Shown: positions 18,495 through 28,447, numbered from the stretch's first letter. The stretch: 32,000 nt of DNA from Candidatus Fokinia solitaria (GCF_003072485.1 NZ_CP025989.1:600001-632000); one strand, 5' to 3'. The notes: generated by a model not told the origin, from the sequence alone. Program-made: numbers and translations.

Positions 18495-19616
18495 GTGTTA
18501 AATTTTATAAATTATAGTACAAATATATCAAAGAGTGCACTGTCACATCTCTTCAAAGCACTCATGATAGATCGGGTGCCTGGTACAATATTAATAGAAG
18601 TTGAGCATCTTTACAGTCTTAGCATTGGACTTAAGCTATCTATTCTCATCTTATCTGAAATTCTCAAAGGAAAGGAGAAGCATACGCTAGAGCTTATGAT
18701 ATCTCACTTTCTGAATAATTTCGGATTCTTCTTTGACGAGAATGAATTAAACAATCTTTTAAATCATCCTGATTTAATGGTCATTAGTAGTACGTACTCC
18801 AATAAACAGTGCACTCCTAAAGCGATCGAAAGTATATCAATGGAAGATGTCAAGCAAGCAGAACACTTTATGTCTCTTACACAGTATGGCAAGAAAAAGG
18901 TACTGCTTCTTCACGATATTTCAACGATGAGCATTAGCGCCGCAAATGCGCTTTTAAAAACTCTGGAAGATGTGCCACGCGATGCCATAATATTGATGAC
19001 TGTATCTAAACGTACAATGGTACAAGAAACGATACTGTCTCGATGCATCATTTTCAAACTCGCTACTGCACCACTAAAGGAGGTAAAAAACTCCGTAGAT
19101 GCTAGTACATTTGAGAAAATCGAAGTGATATTCAAGCTGTGCGAAAAAGATCTAAATTCTGTGAATGATGTTATGTCTCTTTTACGCAAAGAACATAGTA
19201 TAGGATATGCAGGCACTATGGCTAAGAATATCATATTCGCTATGGATACATACTCTGAAAATGATAGTGCTACTCTTTTACAAAAAACAAAGACACTACT
19301 ACATTTACTACAACAATTTACTAGATCTACAAAAGTTGAAAAGAGCGTTGAGGAAGAGAAGATATTGCAGAAATCAATATTATTTTTCACTCATGAAATA
19401 TTGATACAGTTCTCATGCAAGCTATTTCACAATACAAAAACAGAAGTGGATTACATACAGCAAATGCAGAACTTCAAAATCTCCAAACTACTGAGTAGCT
19501 ACACTTCTATTTTGAATTTGAACTATAAGCACTTAGATAGACATACGCTACTACACGTTATAGCAAATAAGTGCGTGCAAATACTGAATGAATTGCTGCA
19601 AATTGTAAAAGCGTGA
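18495..19616 (+). CDS. holB: DNA polymerase III delta prime-like subunit
   Basis: 'ISMEDVKQAEHFMSLTQYGKKKVLLLHDISTMSISAANALLKTLEDVPRDAIILMTVSKRTMVQETILSRCIIFKL' matches the HolB/DnaX-like AAA+ core. GTG start. Confidence 0.75.
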   Translation: MLNFINYSTNISKSALSHLFKALMIDRVPGTILIEVEHLYSLSIGLKLSILILSEILKGKEKHTLELMISHFLNNFGFFFDENELNNLLNHPDLMVISSTYSNKQCTPKAIESISMEDVKQAEHFMSLTQYGKKKVLLLHDISTMSISAANALLKTLEDVPRDAIILMTVSKRTMVQETILSRCIIFKLATAPLKEVKNSVDASTFEKIEVIFKLCEKDLNSVNDVMSLLRKEHSIGYAGTMAKNIIFAMDTYSENDSATLLQKTKTLLHLLQQFTRSTKVEKSVEEEKILQKSILFFTHEILIQFSCKLFHNTKTEVDYIQQMQNFKISKLLSSYTSILNLNYKHLDRHTLLHVIANKCVQILNELLQIVKA

Positions 19617-19699
19617 AGGAAAGCGATAGTAAACATCTTTTTGATGCTACTACCATCCTCCTTCACAGCTTACATCTCGCTTCTATATGGTTATCCGTT

Positions 19700-20800
19700 T
19701 TAGAATGAATAACCTATTCCGAACACGATCATAGGATGCTCTTCATTTTCAAGAGTGAAGTTTTTAACACCTACTACTGCTCTACTGGTATCGATATTAA
19801 AAAGCTGACCTTTTTGTGTAATCTGAAAACTGTTTCCTACAGAGGAGCAAGTACCATCAGGCTGTATTCCATAGTAAGAAAGCGATGGATCGAATTCTAC
19901 CCGCCCTACAGACTGTTTAAAAGCAATCATTGACTGCTCAACAGGCAATGCATTTTCCAAGTGTAAGGTAAGTACTCCAAGAGAGAGTATCAAACCACTA
20001 GAAAATCTTGCTTGCATCCCTACTGCATAACTCCAGTATGGTGAAATTTGCCCTTTAGACGTAGGACTATTGTATGATGGACTAATACTTTTTGCTTGTA
20101 TTACACTATTTCCCGCATTTGTAACATTTTCACACTCTGCATCAGAGTATAATTTGCCATATATGGTAGTTTCTTCAAATCTTGAAGTCATTGTAGTACC
20201 ATGAAATTTGAGGTAAGTGCTTGCTATCCCTGCACTAAACTGCGCATACGGTCCAAACGCATATTCACGATTCTTCGTAAGATATAACATGGACAGTCTG
20301 CTGTTTAATCCATATTGCGCCTCGTATAACGCAAAACTCAAATAATCAGATTCTGGAGAACTGTATCGCAATGCTCCTTCAGCGCCAAGTCCAAGTACAA
20401 TCCTAAAATTTTGATTTTTGGCAATGAAGTTATATCGTCCTGCAAGAGTGACATATACTTGCGATGTATTGCTTAATTCTACTCTTTCCTGTTTGAAAGA
20501 TGGAAAAGAATTATTCGTGTAGTAGTACTGTGGCTCATATTTCGCAGTAGTCATAGTACCTTTGACTGTATCGTTCGTGGAGAATTTTGTACCAAACATG
20601 GCTTCTATTTCCGTTTTCCCTAGCAAACTTTCCGCTCCTTCCTTGACTTTCTCTTCTCCACCGTAATACCTTTTGTTTATCGCTGTCTCGATAATGAGTG
20701 GATCAGATGCTTGAGAAGTAGCAAAGGATGTACTTTGCATCAACAGAAAGCAGCTAGAACATTGAAAGGATATAAGTGCTAATTTACTTACGTATCTCAT
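19700..20800 (-). CDS. Putative outer-membrane beta-barrel protein
   Basis: N-terminal signal-peptide-like 'MRYVSKLALISFQCSSCFLLMQSTSFA', alternating aromatic/polar strands, and C-terminal '..MIVFGIGYSF' ending in Phe, typical of an outer-membrane insertion signal. Confidence 0.65.
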   Translation of the reverse strand: MRYVSKLALISFQCSSCFLLMQSTSFATSQASDPLIIETAINKRYYGGEEKVKEGAESLLGKTEIEAMFGTKFSTNDTVKGTMTTAKYEPQYYYTNNSFPSFKQERVELSNTSQVYVTLAGRYNFIAKNQNFRIVLGLGAEGALRYSSPESDYLSFALYEAQYGLNSRLSMLYLTKNREYAFGPYAQFSAGIASTYLKFHGTTMTSRFEETTIYGKLYSDAECENVTNAGNSVIQAKSISPSYNSPTSKGQISPYWSYAVGMQARFSSGLILSLGVLTLHLENALPVEQSMIAFKQSVGRVEFDPSLSYYGIQPDGTCSSVGNSFQITQKGQLFNIDTSRAVVGVKNFTLENEEHPMIVFGIGYSF

Positions 20801-20898
20801 ACGTATAACATGTTAGTTAAAATTATTCGTAGATAATATTGCTATACGAGGAAAAGTAAATAACGACTTGCAGTCGGTAACTATTATGAATTATCACA

Positions 20899-21702
20899 AT
20901 GGAACTTTTTGATTTTTTGAAAACTACTTCGCTTTATGCATTTCAAGTTTGTGGTTTTGAAATACACTTTACATCGCTTGCACTTTCTATGTTTATAAGT
21001 GTCTTTTTCATTATCATTGCACTTGGTACTTACGTATTTCCGACAAAGAAAACGACTGTATCGAAGGATGATTTTAAGAGTAGCGCCGCTCTAAAAGAAT
21101 GGGAAAAGAGAAAAATGAGAAAATTCATACCGAACTATCCTCAAATAATGTGCGAAGCCATGTATGAATTTGTGGAAGAGATAGCAAAAGGCACCGTAGG
21201 TGAAGAAGATACGAAAAAGTTCATAAGTATTGGAATCACATTGTTCACATTCATACTTTTTTGCAACGCACTCGGTATATTTCATTCTATCTCTCCCGTT
21301 ACAAGTAATTTCTTGATTAACTCATATATCAGTGTCTTTCTATTCATCTCAACTACTGCAGTAGGAATGTTTAGAAACGGATTAAAATTCGGTCGTTTGT
21401 TCTTACCTAAAAACGTGCCACTACTGCTTGCACCACTGCTTTTTCTAATAGAGTTTTTTACTTATTTTACGCGTCCCATCACTCTCGCTTTAAGACTTGC
21501 TGCAAATGTTATCGCAGGTCATATTATCACCGGAGTTGCAGTAAATGTTGTAGCATCTGCAGATACTGCGCTGAAAATACTACCATTTTCAGGAGTAATA
21601 CTCCTTAACGGATTTGAGATTTTCGTAGCTGTACTACAGGCGTATATATTCACCATGCTGTCTTTTGTGTACTTAGGTACCGTAAAGAATGCAGATCATT
21701 AA
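20899..21702 (+). CDS. atpB: F0F1 ATP synthase subunit a
   Basis: 'VFPTKKTTVSKDDF', 'LLAPLLFLIEFFTYFTRPITLALRLAANVIAGHIITG' and 'LNGFEIFVAVLQAYIFTMLSFVYLG'. Confidence 0.95.
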   Translation: MELFDFLKTTSLYAFQVCGFEIHFTSLALSMFISVFFIIIALGTYVFPTKKTTVSKDDFKSSAALKEWEKRKMRKFIPNYPQIMCEAMYEFVEEIAKGTVGEEDTKKFISIGITLFTFILFCNALGIFHSISPVTSNFLINSYISVFLFISTTAVGMFRNGLKFGRLFLPKNVPLLLAPLLFLIEFFTYFTRPITLALRLAANVIAGHIITGVAVNVVASADTALKILPFSGVILLNGFEIFVAVLQAYIFTMLSFVYLGTVKNADH

Positions 21703-21788
21703 AGTCATAAAAACTTGTACTTGATATTACTGCGCAAAATGCTATAAAGTATGGCTGTAAATCGTCTATTAATAAAAACGGCTTCGGA

Positions 21789-22103
21789 ATGACATTGCGT
21801 AGAATTAGGATAGCATTAAAGTCCTTTGATGAAACGTTAATACAGAGAGCATCAATGCAGATAATTTCTTCTGCACAGTCCAGCGGTGCTTCAGTTAAAG
21901 GACCAATACCTCTACCAACAAGAAAGAAGATATTCACAGTTAATAGATCTCCTCATGTAGATAAAAAATCTAGAGAGCAGTTCGAATTAAGTTGTCATAA
22001 GAGGATGTGTGATATATACGTTACTTCAGAAGCTATTACAGGATTGATGGATGCTTTTAAAGCTCTTGAACTACCTGCGGGAGTTGAGGTCTTCATTAAG
22101 TGA
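21789..22103 (+). CDS. rpsJ: 30S ribosomal protein S10
   Basis: 'RRIRIALKSFDETLIQRASMQIISSAQSSGASVKGPIPLPTRKKIFTVNRSPHVDKKSREQFELSCHKR' and 'LPAGVEVFIK'. Confidence 0.96.
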   Translation: MTLRRIRIALKSFDETLIQRASMQIISSAQSSGASVKGPIPLPTRKKIFTVNRSPHVDKKSREQFELSCHKRMCDIYVTSEAITGLMDAFKALELPAGVEVFIK

Positions 22104-22122
22104 TTTTTTTTTGTTTTGCAGA

Positions 22123-22380
22123 GTGATTAGTATTTTCATAGTAACACAGTGTGCTTTGGTTATCGCAATGCTGTTCATTACTATACTCATTTCCAATTCT
22201 GATAATTCCGGAGAGTTAGGTGTGAGTGCTTACGGCGGTAAAGAGCAGGAAATGAGTGGAGTAACTAAAATAATGATGGTTTTAGGATGCACCTTCATGT
22301 TGAATACACTGTTAATTGCTAAACTATCTATGGTATCCGCTCCAAGTAATGCTTATGAGAGAGACTTTGATGAGATGTAG
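22123..22380 (+). CDS. secG: SecG-like preprotein translocase subunit
   Basis: Two hydrophobic segments separated by a Gly/Ser-rich loop 'GELGVSAYGGKEQEMSGVTKIMMVLGCTFMLNTLLIAKL'. The track ORF begins at 22051 inside rpsJ; a GTG at 22123 is a plausible start. Confidence 0.6.
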   Translation: MISIFIVTQCALVIAMLFITILISNSDNSGELGVSAYGGKEQEMSGVTKIMMVLGCTFMLNTLLIAKLSMVSAPSNAYERDFDEM

Positions 22381-22431
22381 TTTATACGCTATCTACAATA
22401 GTCTTCTTCTTGTTATGAATAGAGCTGGATT

Positions 22432-24354
22432 ATGATAACGTTTTGTGGCGCATCTGTTACTCTCTCTGAAGGTATTCGCAGTGGATTATCTATTCTTTCA
22501 GAGTATCTACCACAGAGAAAGAATGATGTAATAGCTATCTTGATAAACGGCATGCCGTCAGATCTTACCTCTATTGTTCATGATGGTGATATCGTGGACG
22601 TGATAGAAAAACACCAACAAGCGGGGCTTGATATTATCAGGCATGACACAGCACATATTCTCGCTGAAGCTGTGAAAATCCTATATGAAGATGCAAAAAT
22701 CGCTATAGGTCCCGTAATATCTGATGGATTCTATTATGACATAGATCTGCCATTTTCTATATCTATAGATGATCTGCATAAAATAGAACAAGAAATGCAT
22801 CGCATCATCAAGAAAAATCAGCCATTTATCAGAGAGTGCAGTACCGTGGATCATGCAATTTCAATCTTTCAACATCTAAAAGAGGATTATAAAGTAGAGA
22901 TAATTAAGAATATTCAGGGAGAGTTGTCGCTTTATAGACATGGTGAATTTGTAGATTTATGTAGAGGCCCTCATGGAAATAACACTTCACATCTTGGACA
23001 TTTCAAGCTTTTATCGGTATCTGGCGCATATTGGAGGGGAGATAGCAAAAATAAGATGTTACAAAGAATCTATGGTACAGCATGGGATACTGCTGAAAAA
23101 CTAAATGAGTATCTCACTTTAATAGATGAGCAGAAAAAAAGAGATCATAGAAAAATTGGAAAAGAAATGGAGCTTTTTCATTTATGTGAAGAATCTCCTG
23201 GTATGGTGTTTTGGCATCATGACGGCTGGAAGATATTTCAAGTATTACTTCAGTATATGAGAAGTATGAACACTTCTCACGGATATGAAGAAATTAGCAC
23301 ACCGGAATTATTGAGTAGTGTAATATGGCAAAAATCGGGACACTGGGATAAATTTCGTCAAAATATGTTTATTGCAAATGGCGTAGATGACGAACTGTCA
23401 TATGCCGTCAAGCCAATGAGTTGTCCAGGATGTATAGAGGTCTTCAAACATAAATTCGAAGGAGTGGTAAGCTATAGAGAACTACCAAAAAGAGTAGCAG
23501 AATTCGGCAAAGTACATCGATTTGAGAGTCATGGCTCTCTACTTGGCTTAATGCGCACTAGAGCATTTACTCAAGACGATGCGCATATATTTTGTACTAA
23601 CGATAATATATTAGATGAAGCTATAGCTGTGTGTAAATTTGCGCTTCAAGTTTATCGCGATTGTGGATTTCACACTGATGATTTACAGTTCAAACTCTCA
23701 GATCGGCCAAATTTAAGAGTAGGTAGCGATGAAAGTTGGGATGTAGCAGAAAAGTCGCTATCTCAAGCACTCGATAATATGGGTGTAGAGTATTCAATAA
23801 ATAAAGGAGAAGGAGCATTTTATGGACCTAAGATAGAGTTTGTGCTAAAAGACTGCATGAAGCGAGAATGGCAGCTAGGTACGTTACAAGTAGATTTAAA
23901 TCTTGGCATGAGACTAGGTGCAGTATATGTCGATAGTAATGGAGAAAGGAAACATCCTATTATATTGCATAGAGCAATTTTCGGTTCTTTTGAGAGATTT
24001 ATTGGAATACTACTCGAGCATTATGCTGGTAAATTACCTTTGTGGATGGCGCCAGTACACGTTTCTGTAATATGCGTAAGTGAAAAATTTTCTCATACAG
24101 CTAAAGAAGTAGCAAATCAATTAATTGATGGAGGGATAAGAATCATACTTGATGTTAGCGATGAAACAGTAGGATATAAGATCAGACGAAGCATGCTACG
24201 AAAAGTACCATATGTTGTTGTTATAGGAGAAAAAGAAATGCAAAGTGGTTTAATAGGCTTAGAGAATCCATATACAAAAGAAAAAGAGATGATGCTTGTT
24301 GAAGAATGTAAAAAGCGATTATGTGATTTGATAGCGCATAATGTCAAAAAATAA
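22432..24354 (+). CDS. thrS: Threonyl-tRNA synthetase
   Basis: TGS-like N-terminus, 'RHDTAHILAEAVK', 'PMSCPGCIEVFK', 'ELPKRVAEFGKVHRFESHGSLLGLMRTRAFTQDDAHIFC', 'YGPKIEF' and 'HRAIFGSFERFIGILLEHYAG'. Confidence 0.97.
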   Translation: MITFCGASVTLSEGIRSGLSILSEYLPQRKNDVIAILINGMPSDLTSIVHDGDIVDVIEKHQQAGLDIIRHDTAHILAEAVKILYEDAKIAIGPVISDGFYYDIDLPFSISIDDLHKIEQEMHRIIKKNQPFIRECSTVDHAISIFQHLKEDYKVEIIKNIQGELSLYRHGEFVDLCRGPHGNNTSHLGHFKLLSVSGAYWRGDSKNKMLQRIYGTAWDTAEKLNEYLTLIDEQKKRDHRKIGKEMELFHLCEESPGMVFWHHDGWKIFQVLLQYMRSMNTSHGYEEISTPELLSSVIWQKSGHWDKFRQNMFIANGVDDELSYAVKPMSCPGCIEVFKHKFEGVVSYRELPKRVAEFGKVHRFESHGSLLGLMRTRAFTQDDAHIFCTNDNILDEAIAVCKFALQVYRDCGFHTDDLQFKLSDRPNLRVGSDESWDVAEKSLSQALDNMGVEYSINKGEGAFYGPKIEFVLKDCMKREWQLGTLQVDLNLGMRLGAVYVDSNGERKHPIILHRAIFGSFERFIGILLEHYAGKLPLWMAPVHVSVICVSEKFSHTAKEVANQLIDGGIRIILDVSDETVGYKIRRSMLRKVPYVVVIGEKEMQSGLIGLENPYTKEKEMMLVEECKKRLCDLIAHNVKK

Positions 24355-24894
24355 TCTTGAGTTTCGAGAACATCACGGTATTTGCACGCATTTCGGAAAA
24401 GCGGTACTTCTTTGATTATCTTCATCCTTCTCTATACTCTTTTTGAGGATAGCGCATTTACTCAGAATAAAGATAAAAGTAGTTTTTTATCTTCTCAATT
24501 ACACCATAATCACTACTATAATTCGCATCTATGGTAGCTTTATAAAATACAATAAAATCTTCAAAACTTACTTTTTGCATTGTCATCTACTAATTTCTAT
24601 CAATAGCTTAGGTATAAGTTTTTTTATCTTCACAGAATATCAAGTATATCACTGCTTTATTAATAAAAGTGTAATAGCCTAGCTACGATAACTATCAGAG
24701 ATACCTTTATCTGTCGTCAAAAGTGCAGAAAAACTCTCGGTAGATAGCATTATAATGACCTTTCATTTTTACATATCGCCATCTTATAATTGCGCTGCAT
24801 GCTCTACAAATCATTGTATAATATCGTAGCTTGCTCATTCATAAGCAAGAAAACGATATTACCATAGCATAATCTTCAGTTTATTAACTTTATT

Positions 24895-26058
24895 TTACTT
24901 CCTTATAAATGGCTTACGATCTACAGGCTCGATTCGCGTAGAAGAAGTATTATACATAATTTCTCCCATATCCTCTAAACCTCTGCGTATCTCTGAAAGC
25001 TTTTTTCTTACAATATGCGCTCTATTTTTTCTTATATCATCCAGCACGGTATGAACTTTTTTCACAAAATGTTTTAATTTTTCTTTAATACTATTCAAAG
25101 CATTAATTAAGGTATTTTTCCCTAATGCACTTGATTTTGTTTCTTTTCCAATTAGCTCATCCACTGCTGTATTAAGCGATTTTATTACGTCATCTTGGCG
25201 TATTTTTGCTTTTTGATCTACTTTCTCGTTCAAAATCTCCCCGTTTTTTCGTATCTTTTCATTGGCATTTTCTTCTAACATATGTAAGAGACCAACTTTT
25301 TCACCTAAAGCTTTACCATCATTATACGCAGCAGCACGTATACCACGATTCTTTTGCAATTGTTCTTTCTGCTTTTCGGTTAATTCTTTCTTTACTCTAT
25401 TTTTGCGCGCTTCTTCTCTAGCGTCCGATGCTAGTGCTAGTTCTTGCTGAGATAGCTTAGGAGAAAGTATTTCATTCATTCTTTTTTTATCATGCAGAAT
25501 GGAGTTTATTTCATGCAATAAGATAAGATCTTCATCTACATTGCCTAGATCAGTCTTTGCATTCATATATAAATGCTCTTTAAGATCGCCAGTTCTTTCT
25601 CGTGTTTTTACCCCTTTACTCCAATCTCTTCTCCTTTCTTCTAGCGAATTCATCGTTTTTGCTATATTTTCATCAGAATTAGCGATATCGTTTTGCTCTT
25701 CCTGCATCTCAAAGGCTTGTCTTCTATTTTTCAGTATCGCTCTTTCCATTCCTCTTTGCGATTCTCTAAGTTCTGCTCTTAATTTGTTTCTTTTTTCTAT
25801 TGCATTTTTCGTTCTTTCACTTAATTTTTCTGCTTTTTGCTCGAATACTTCTTTACTGTTACTTAATTTCTCTACTACTTCATGCGTCAATGTATCATCT
25901 TCTAATCCTCGAATAGCATTTTGATATTGAGAGATTAGTTTATCCGTCGATTCAGCTAATTCTATCGCGCTTTGAAATAAATCACTTTTCTGTGTAGATT
26001 CGTTCGATAAGGTACTTTTTGTATTATTCATTGTTTTAAAAAAATATGTTTTACTCAT
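24895..26058 (-). CDS. Hypothetical highly charged coiled-coil protein, 387 aa
   Basis: Long ORF very rich in Glu/Lys/Arg with heptad-like stretches (e.g. 'KRNKLRAELRESQRGMERAILKNRRQAFEMQEEQ') and no signal peptide. No family recognised. Met at 26031 is an alternative start. Confidence 0.7.
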   Translation of the reverse strand: MSKTYFFKTMNNTKSTLSNESTQKSDLFQSAIELAESTDKLISQYQNAIRGLEDDTLTHEVVEKLSNSKEVFEQKAEKLSERTKNAIEKRNKLRAELRESQRGMERAILKNRRQAFEMQEEQNDIANSDENIAKTMNSLEERRRDWSKGVKTRERTGDLKEHLYMNAKTDLGNVDEDLILLHEINSILHDKKRMNEILSPKLSQQELALASDAREEARKNRVKKELTEKQKEQLQKNRGIRAAAYNDGKALGEKVGLLHMLEENANEKIRKNGEILNEKVDQKAKIRQDDVIKSLNTAVDELIGKETKSSALGKNTLINALNSIKEKLKHFVKKVHTVLDDIRKNRAHIVRKKLSEIRRGLEDMGEIMYNTSSTRIEPVDRKPFIRK

Positions 26059-26182
26059 TACAAAGATACATAAATTTTATATAAAAAGAATGAAATATGC
26101 AATAATTTTATAATAAAGCGTAGTTATATTTTATATAATAAAAACTTTTATCAAAGAACAAGACGATATATTGTATAATATC

Positions 26183-27595
26183 TTAATATTTCCTTAAGTG
26201 AGTTGTATACGGATTTTCATTTACAGAGAGTACTATACTCACAGGATTGCCAGTAAGTTCAAGTTTTGAAGCTACTACATTTCTTATCTCCTGCACCTTA
26301 TACAACGGAGGTTTTTTATTAACAAAAACTTTGAATGTGATATCTTTCTCATATGCAATACACTTTATTCTTCCAGTTCTGTTACCTTCAATTCTCCAGG
26401 TAATACAAGATAAAAATGGCATCAATTTTCGATTAAGGAAACTAGTAGCAAATTTTCTCTTTCTCACATCAGCAACTGCTAATACATAATCAAATAACTC
26501 TTTTCTGATCCCTTTAGAATATAAAGCTGAAGTAAATAGTACTACAGGCAAAACCAATACATTCACTTTTTCTCGCATTATGAAATGAACTTCTTCTTGC
26601 AGTCTTTTCGCGTCACTTACCAAATCCATTTTATTTACCACTATAATCAAGCCTTTTTTTTCTTTTGCACAAAGCTGTATAATTCTCAGATCTTGAACTT
26701 CAAATAACTTCTCTGATTCTATAACTACTACAACAATATCTACTTCTCTTACCGTCGCAATACTTTGAAATACAGAAGCTTTTTCTATGCTTTCCTCAAT
26801 ATTTGCCTTTCTTCTCATCCCTGCAGTATCATTCAATTCCATCAATATGTCGATTCCATTAACCGTCACCGACATCTCATCAGATACGGTATCTCTTGTG
26901 GTATGCGATACAGCTGATGTTATGGAGCGCTGTGTTTTCAATATATTATTGAAAAGTGTAGATTTGCCGACATTTGGCCTACCTACGATAGCAATTTTGC
27001 ATCGACGAGATAAATGAATATCATCAGCATCTTGGACTTGAGCTACATCACTCGATACCACTTCATCACATGATAAACCGCATCGTTGCATTACATCACT
27101 CAGCACGCGCGATAACGTCGCAAATCCGTGTCGATGCAAGCTTGAAATCGGAATAACAATATCGAAGTACGGTATATAAGAAAAATCTACATTATGAATA
27201 CCGCCGATATCAGACTTATTTACAACGACTATGACATGCTTTTTCATACGATATAATAGCGTTGCAATCTCCGCATCAACGACATTAGTACTACTCGTAC
27301 CATCTATCATAAATAACACAATATCTGCCTCATCTATCGCTTTTAAACATTTAGCAATAATTGTTTTATCCAATTCTCTCCTCTCATTTTCTGCTTCTGA
27401 TACATAGTATCCTGGCGCATCTAGTAGCACGAACTGCAAAGCATCTAAAACTACCTTATACTTTCTGATGTCACGTGTTACGAATAGCGTATCATGAACA
27501 ATAGCAAGCTTTCTACGACATAAAGCATTAAAAAGTGTAGATTTGCCGACATTTGATCTGCCTACGATGGCAACTTTAGGTAGTGCAGAGTTCAT
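26183..27595 (-). CDS. der: Ribosome-associated GTPase Der (EngA)
   Basis: Two GTPase domains: 'VAIVGRSNVGKSTLFNAL'/'DAPGY'/'NKSD' and 'IAIVGRPNVGKSTLFNNI'/'DTAGMRRKANIEESIEKASVF'/'NKMD', plus a C-terminal KH-like region. Confidence 0.96.
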   Translation of the reverse strand: MNSALPKVAIVGRSNVGKSTLFNALCRRKLAIVHDTLFVTRDIRKYKVVLDALQFVLLDAPGYYVSEAENERRELDKTIIAKCLKAIDEADIVLFMIDGTSSTNVVDAEIATLLYRMKKHVIVVVNKSDIGGIHNVDFSYIPYFDIVIPISSLHRHGFATLSRVLSDVMQRCGLSCDEVVSSDVAQVQDADDIHLSRRCKIAIVGRPNVGKSTLFNNILKTQRSITSAVSHTTRDTVSDEMSVTVNGIDILMELNDTAGMRRKANIEESIEKASVFQSIATVREVDIVVVVIESEKLFEVQDLRIIQLCAKEKKGLIIVVNKMDLVSDAKRLQEEVHFIMREKVNVLVLPVVLFTSALYSKGIRKELFDYVLAVADVRKRKFATSFLNRKLMPFLSCITWRIEGNRTGRIKCIAYEKDITFKVFVNKKPPLYKVQEIRNVVASKLELTGNPVSIVLSVNENPYTTHLRKY

Positions 27596-27657
27596 CTTTT
27601 AAATCATACGAAATGCGCAAAACTGCAAAACAATAAGTTGCAGAATTTTTCTCTATT

Positions 27658-28386
27658 TTAGATTGTAGCTAACTCCGCTAATGACTTCACATCTACAAGC
27701 GCAGAAGGGCCATAAGTCACGGAAATATGGCATTTTCTTATATATATACCTTTACTTGCCGCAGGCTTAGCTGCGATTAAAGCATCATATAATGCTTTCA
27801 TATTCTCGGATAAAGCTTCAACTGAAAAATTTAGCTTTCCTATTGGCGCATGGATCAAAGATCCTTTTTCAACTTTAAACTCAATCATTCCATCTTTCAC
27901 TTCTCTGACACGTTTTGGTACATCTTGCACAACAGTACCTAATTTCAGATTTGGCATTAAGCCTCTCGAGCCTAATTTTTTCGCAACTTTTGCTATTGTC
28001 ATCATCATTTTCTCCTCGCCTACGCACACATCGAATGAACCAAGATCGACTTTATCAGCAGTAATATCATCTATAAGAGACTGCCCTCCTGCTATCGTTG
28101 CACCGGCTTCCATTGCTTCCGCCTTACGTTCATCGCTTAAGATCGCCATGACTTTCAACTGCTTACCGAGTCCTTTTGGGAGAATCACCGCACCACGCAC
28201 CATTTGATCAGAATGCTTCGGATCAACTCCGAGTAGTATGCTGCATTCCACGGTTTCATTAATCTTCGCACAGAATTTATCCTTGTATTCACTTAAAAAC
28301 GCTGATACTGCCTCCTTGAATGAAAATGACTTTCCATCAAATATCTTACTCGCGGCAGTAACTCGCTTTGAAACTTTTCTTGACAT
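27658..28386 (-). CDS. rplA: 50S ribosomal protein L1
   Basis: 'ETVECSILLGVDPKHSDQMVRGAVILPKGLGKQLKVMAI', 'KLGSRGLMPNLKLGTV', 'KVEKGSLIHAPIGKLNFSVEALSENMKALYDAL' and 'KGIYIRKCHISVTYGPSALVD'. Confidence 0.97.
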   Translation of the reverse strand: MSRKVSKRVTAASKIFDGKSFSFKEAVSAFLSEYKDKFCAKINETVECSILLGVDPKHSDQMVRGAVILPKGLGKQLKVMAILSDERKAEAMEAGATIAGGQSLIDDITADKVDLGSFDVCVGEEKMMMTIAKVAKKLGSRGLMPNLKLGTVVQDVPKRVREVKDGMIEFKVEKGSLIHAPIGKLNFSVEALSENMKALYDALIAAKPAASKGIYIRKCHISVTYGPSALVDVKSLAELATI

Positions 28387-28447
28387 ATTACACGACTATA
28401 AGGAGCTTTTGCTTTCGAGTTCAGAGTACACCGATATAGCGAGATTG

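Noticed and set aside
21650-21937. Minus-strand 95-aa ORF overlapping rpsJ
   Set aside because: It is antisense to a clearly recognised S10 gene and the end of atpB, with no independent support.
24117-24425. Minus-strand 102-aa ORF over the 3' end of thrS
   Set aside because: Most of it is antisense to the conserved thrS C-terminus.
25499-25924. Plus-strand 141-aa hydrophobic ORF that looks like a membrane protein
   Set aside because: It is the exact antisense of the Glu/Lys/Arg-rich coiled-coil gene; antisense of such codons gives Leu/Phe/Ser-rich sequence.
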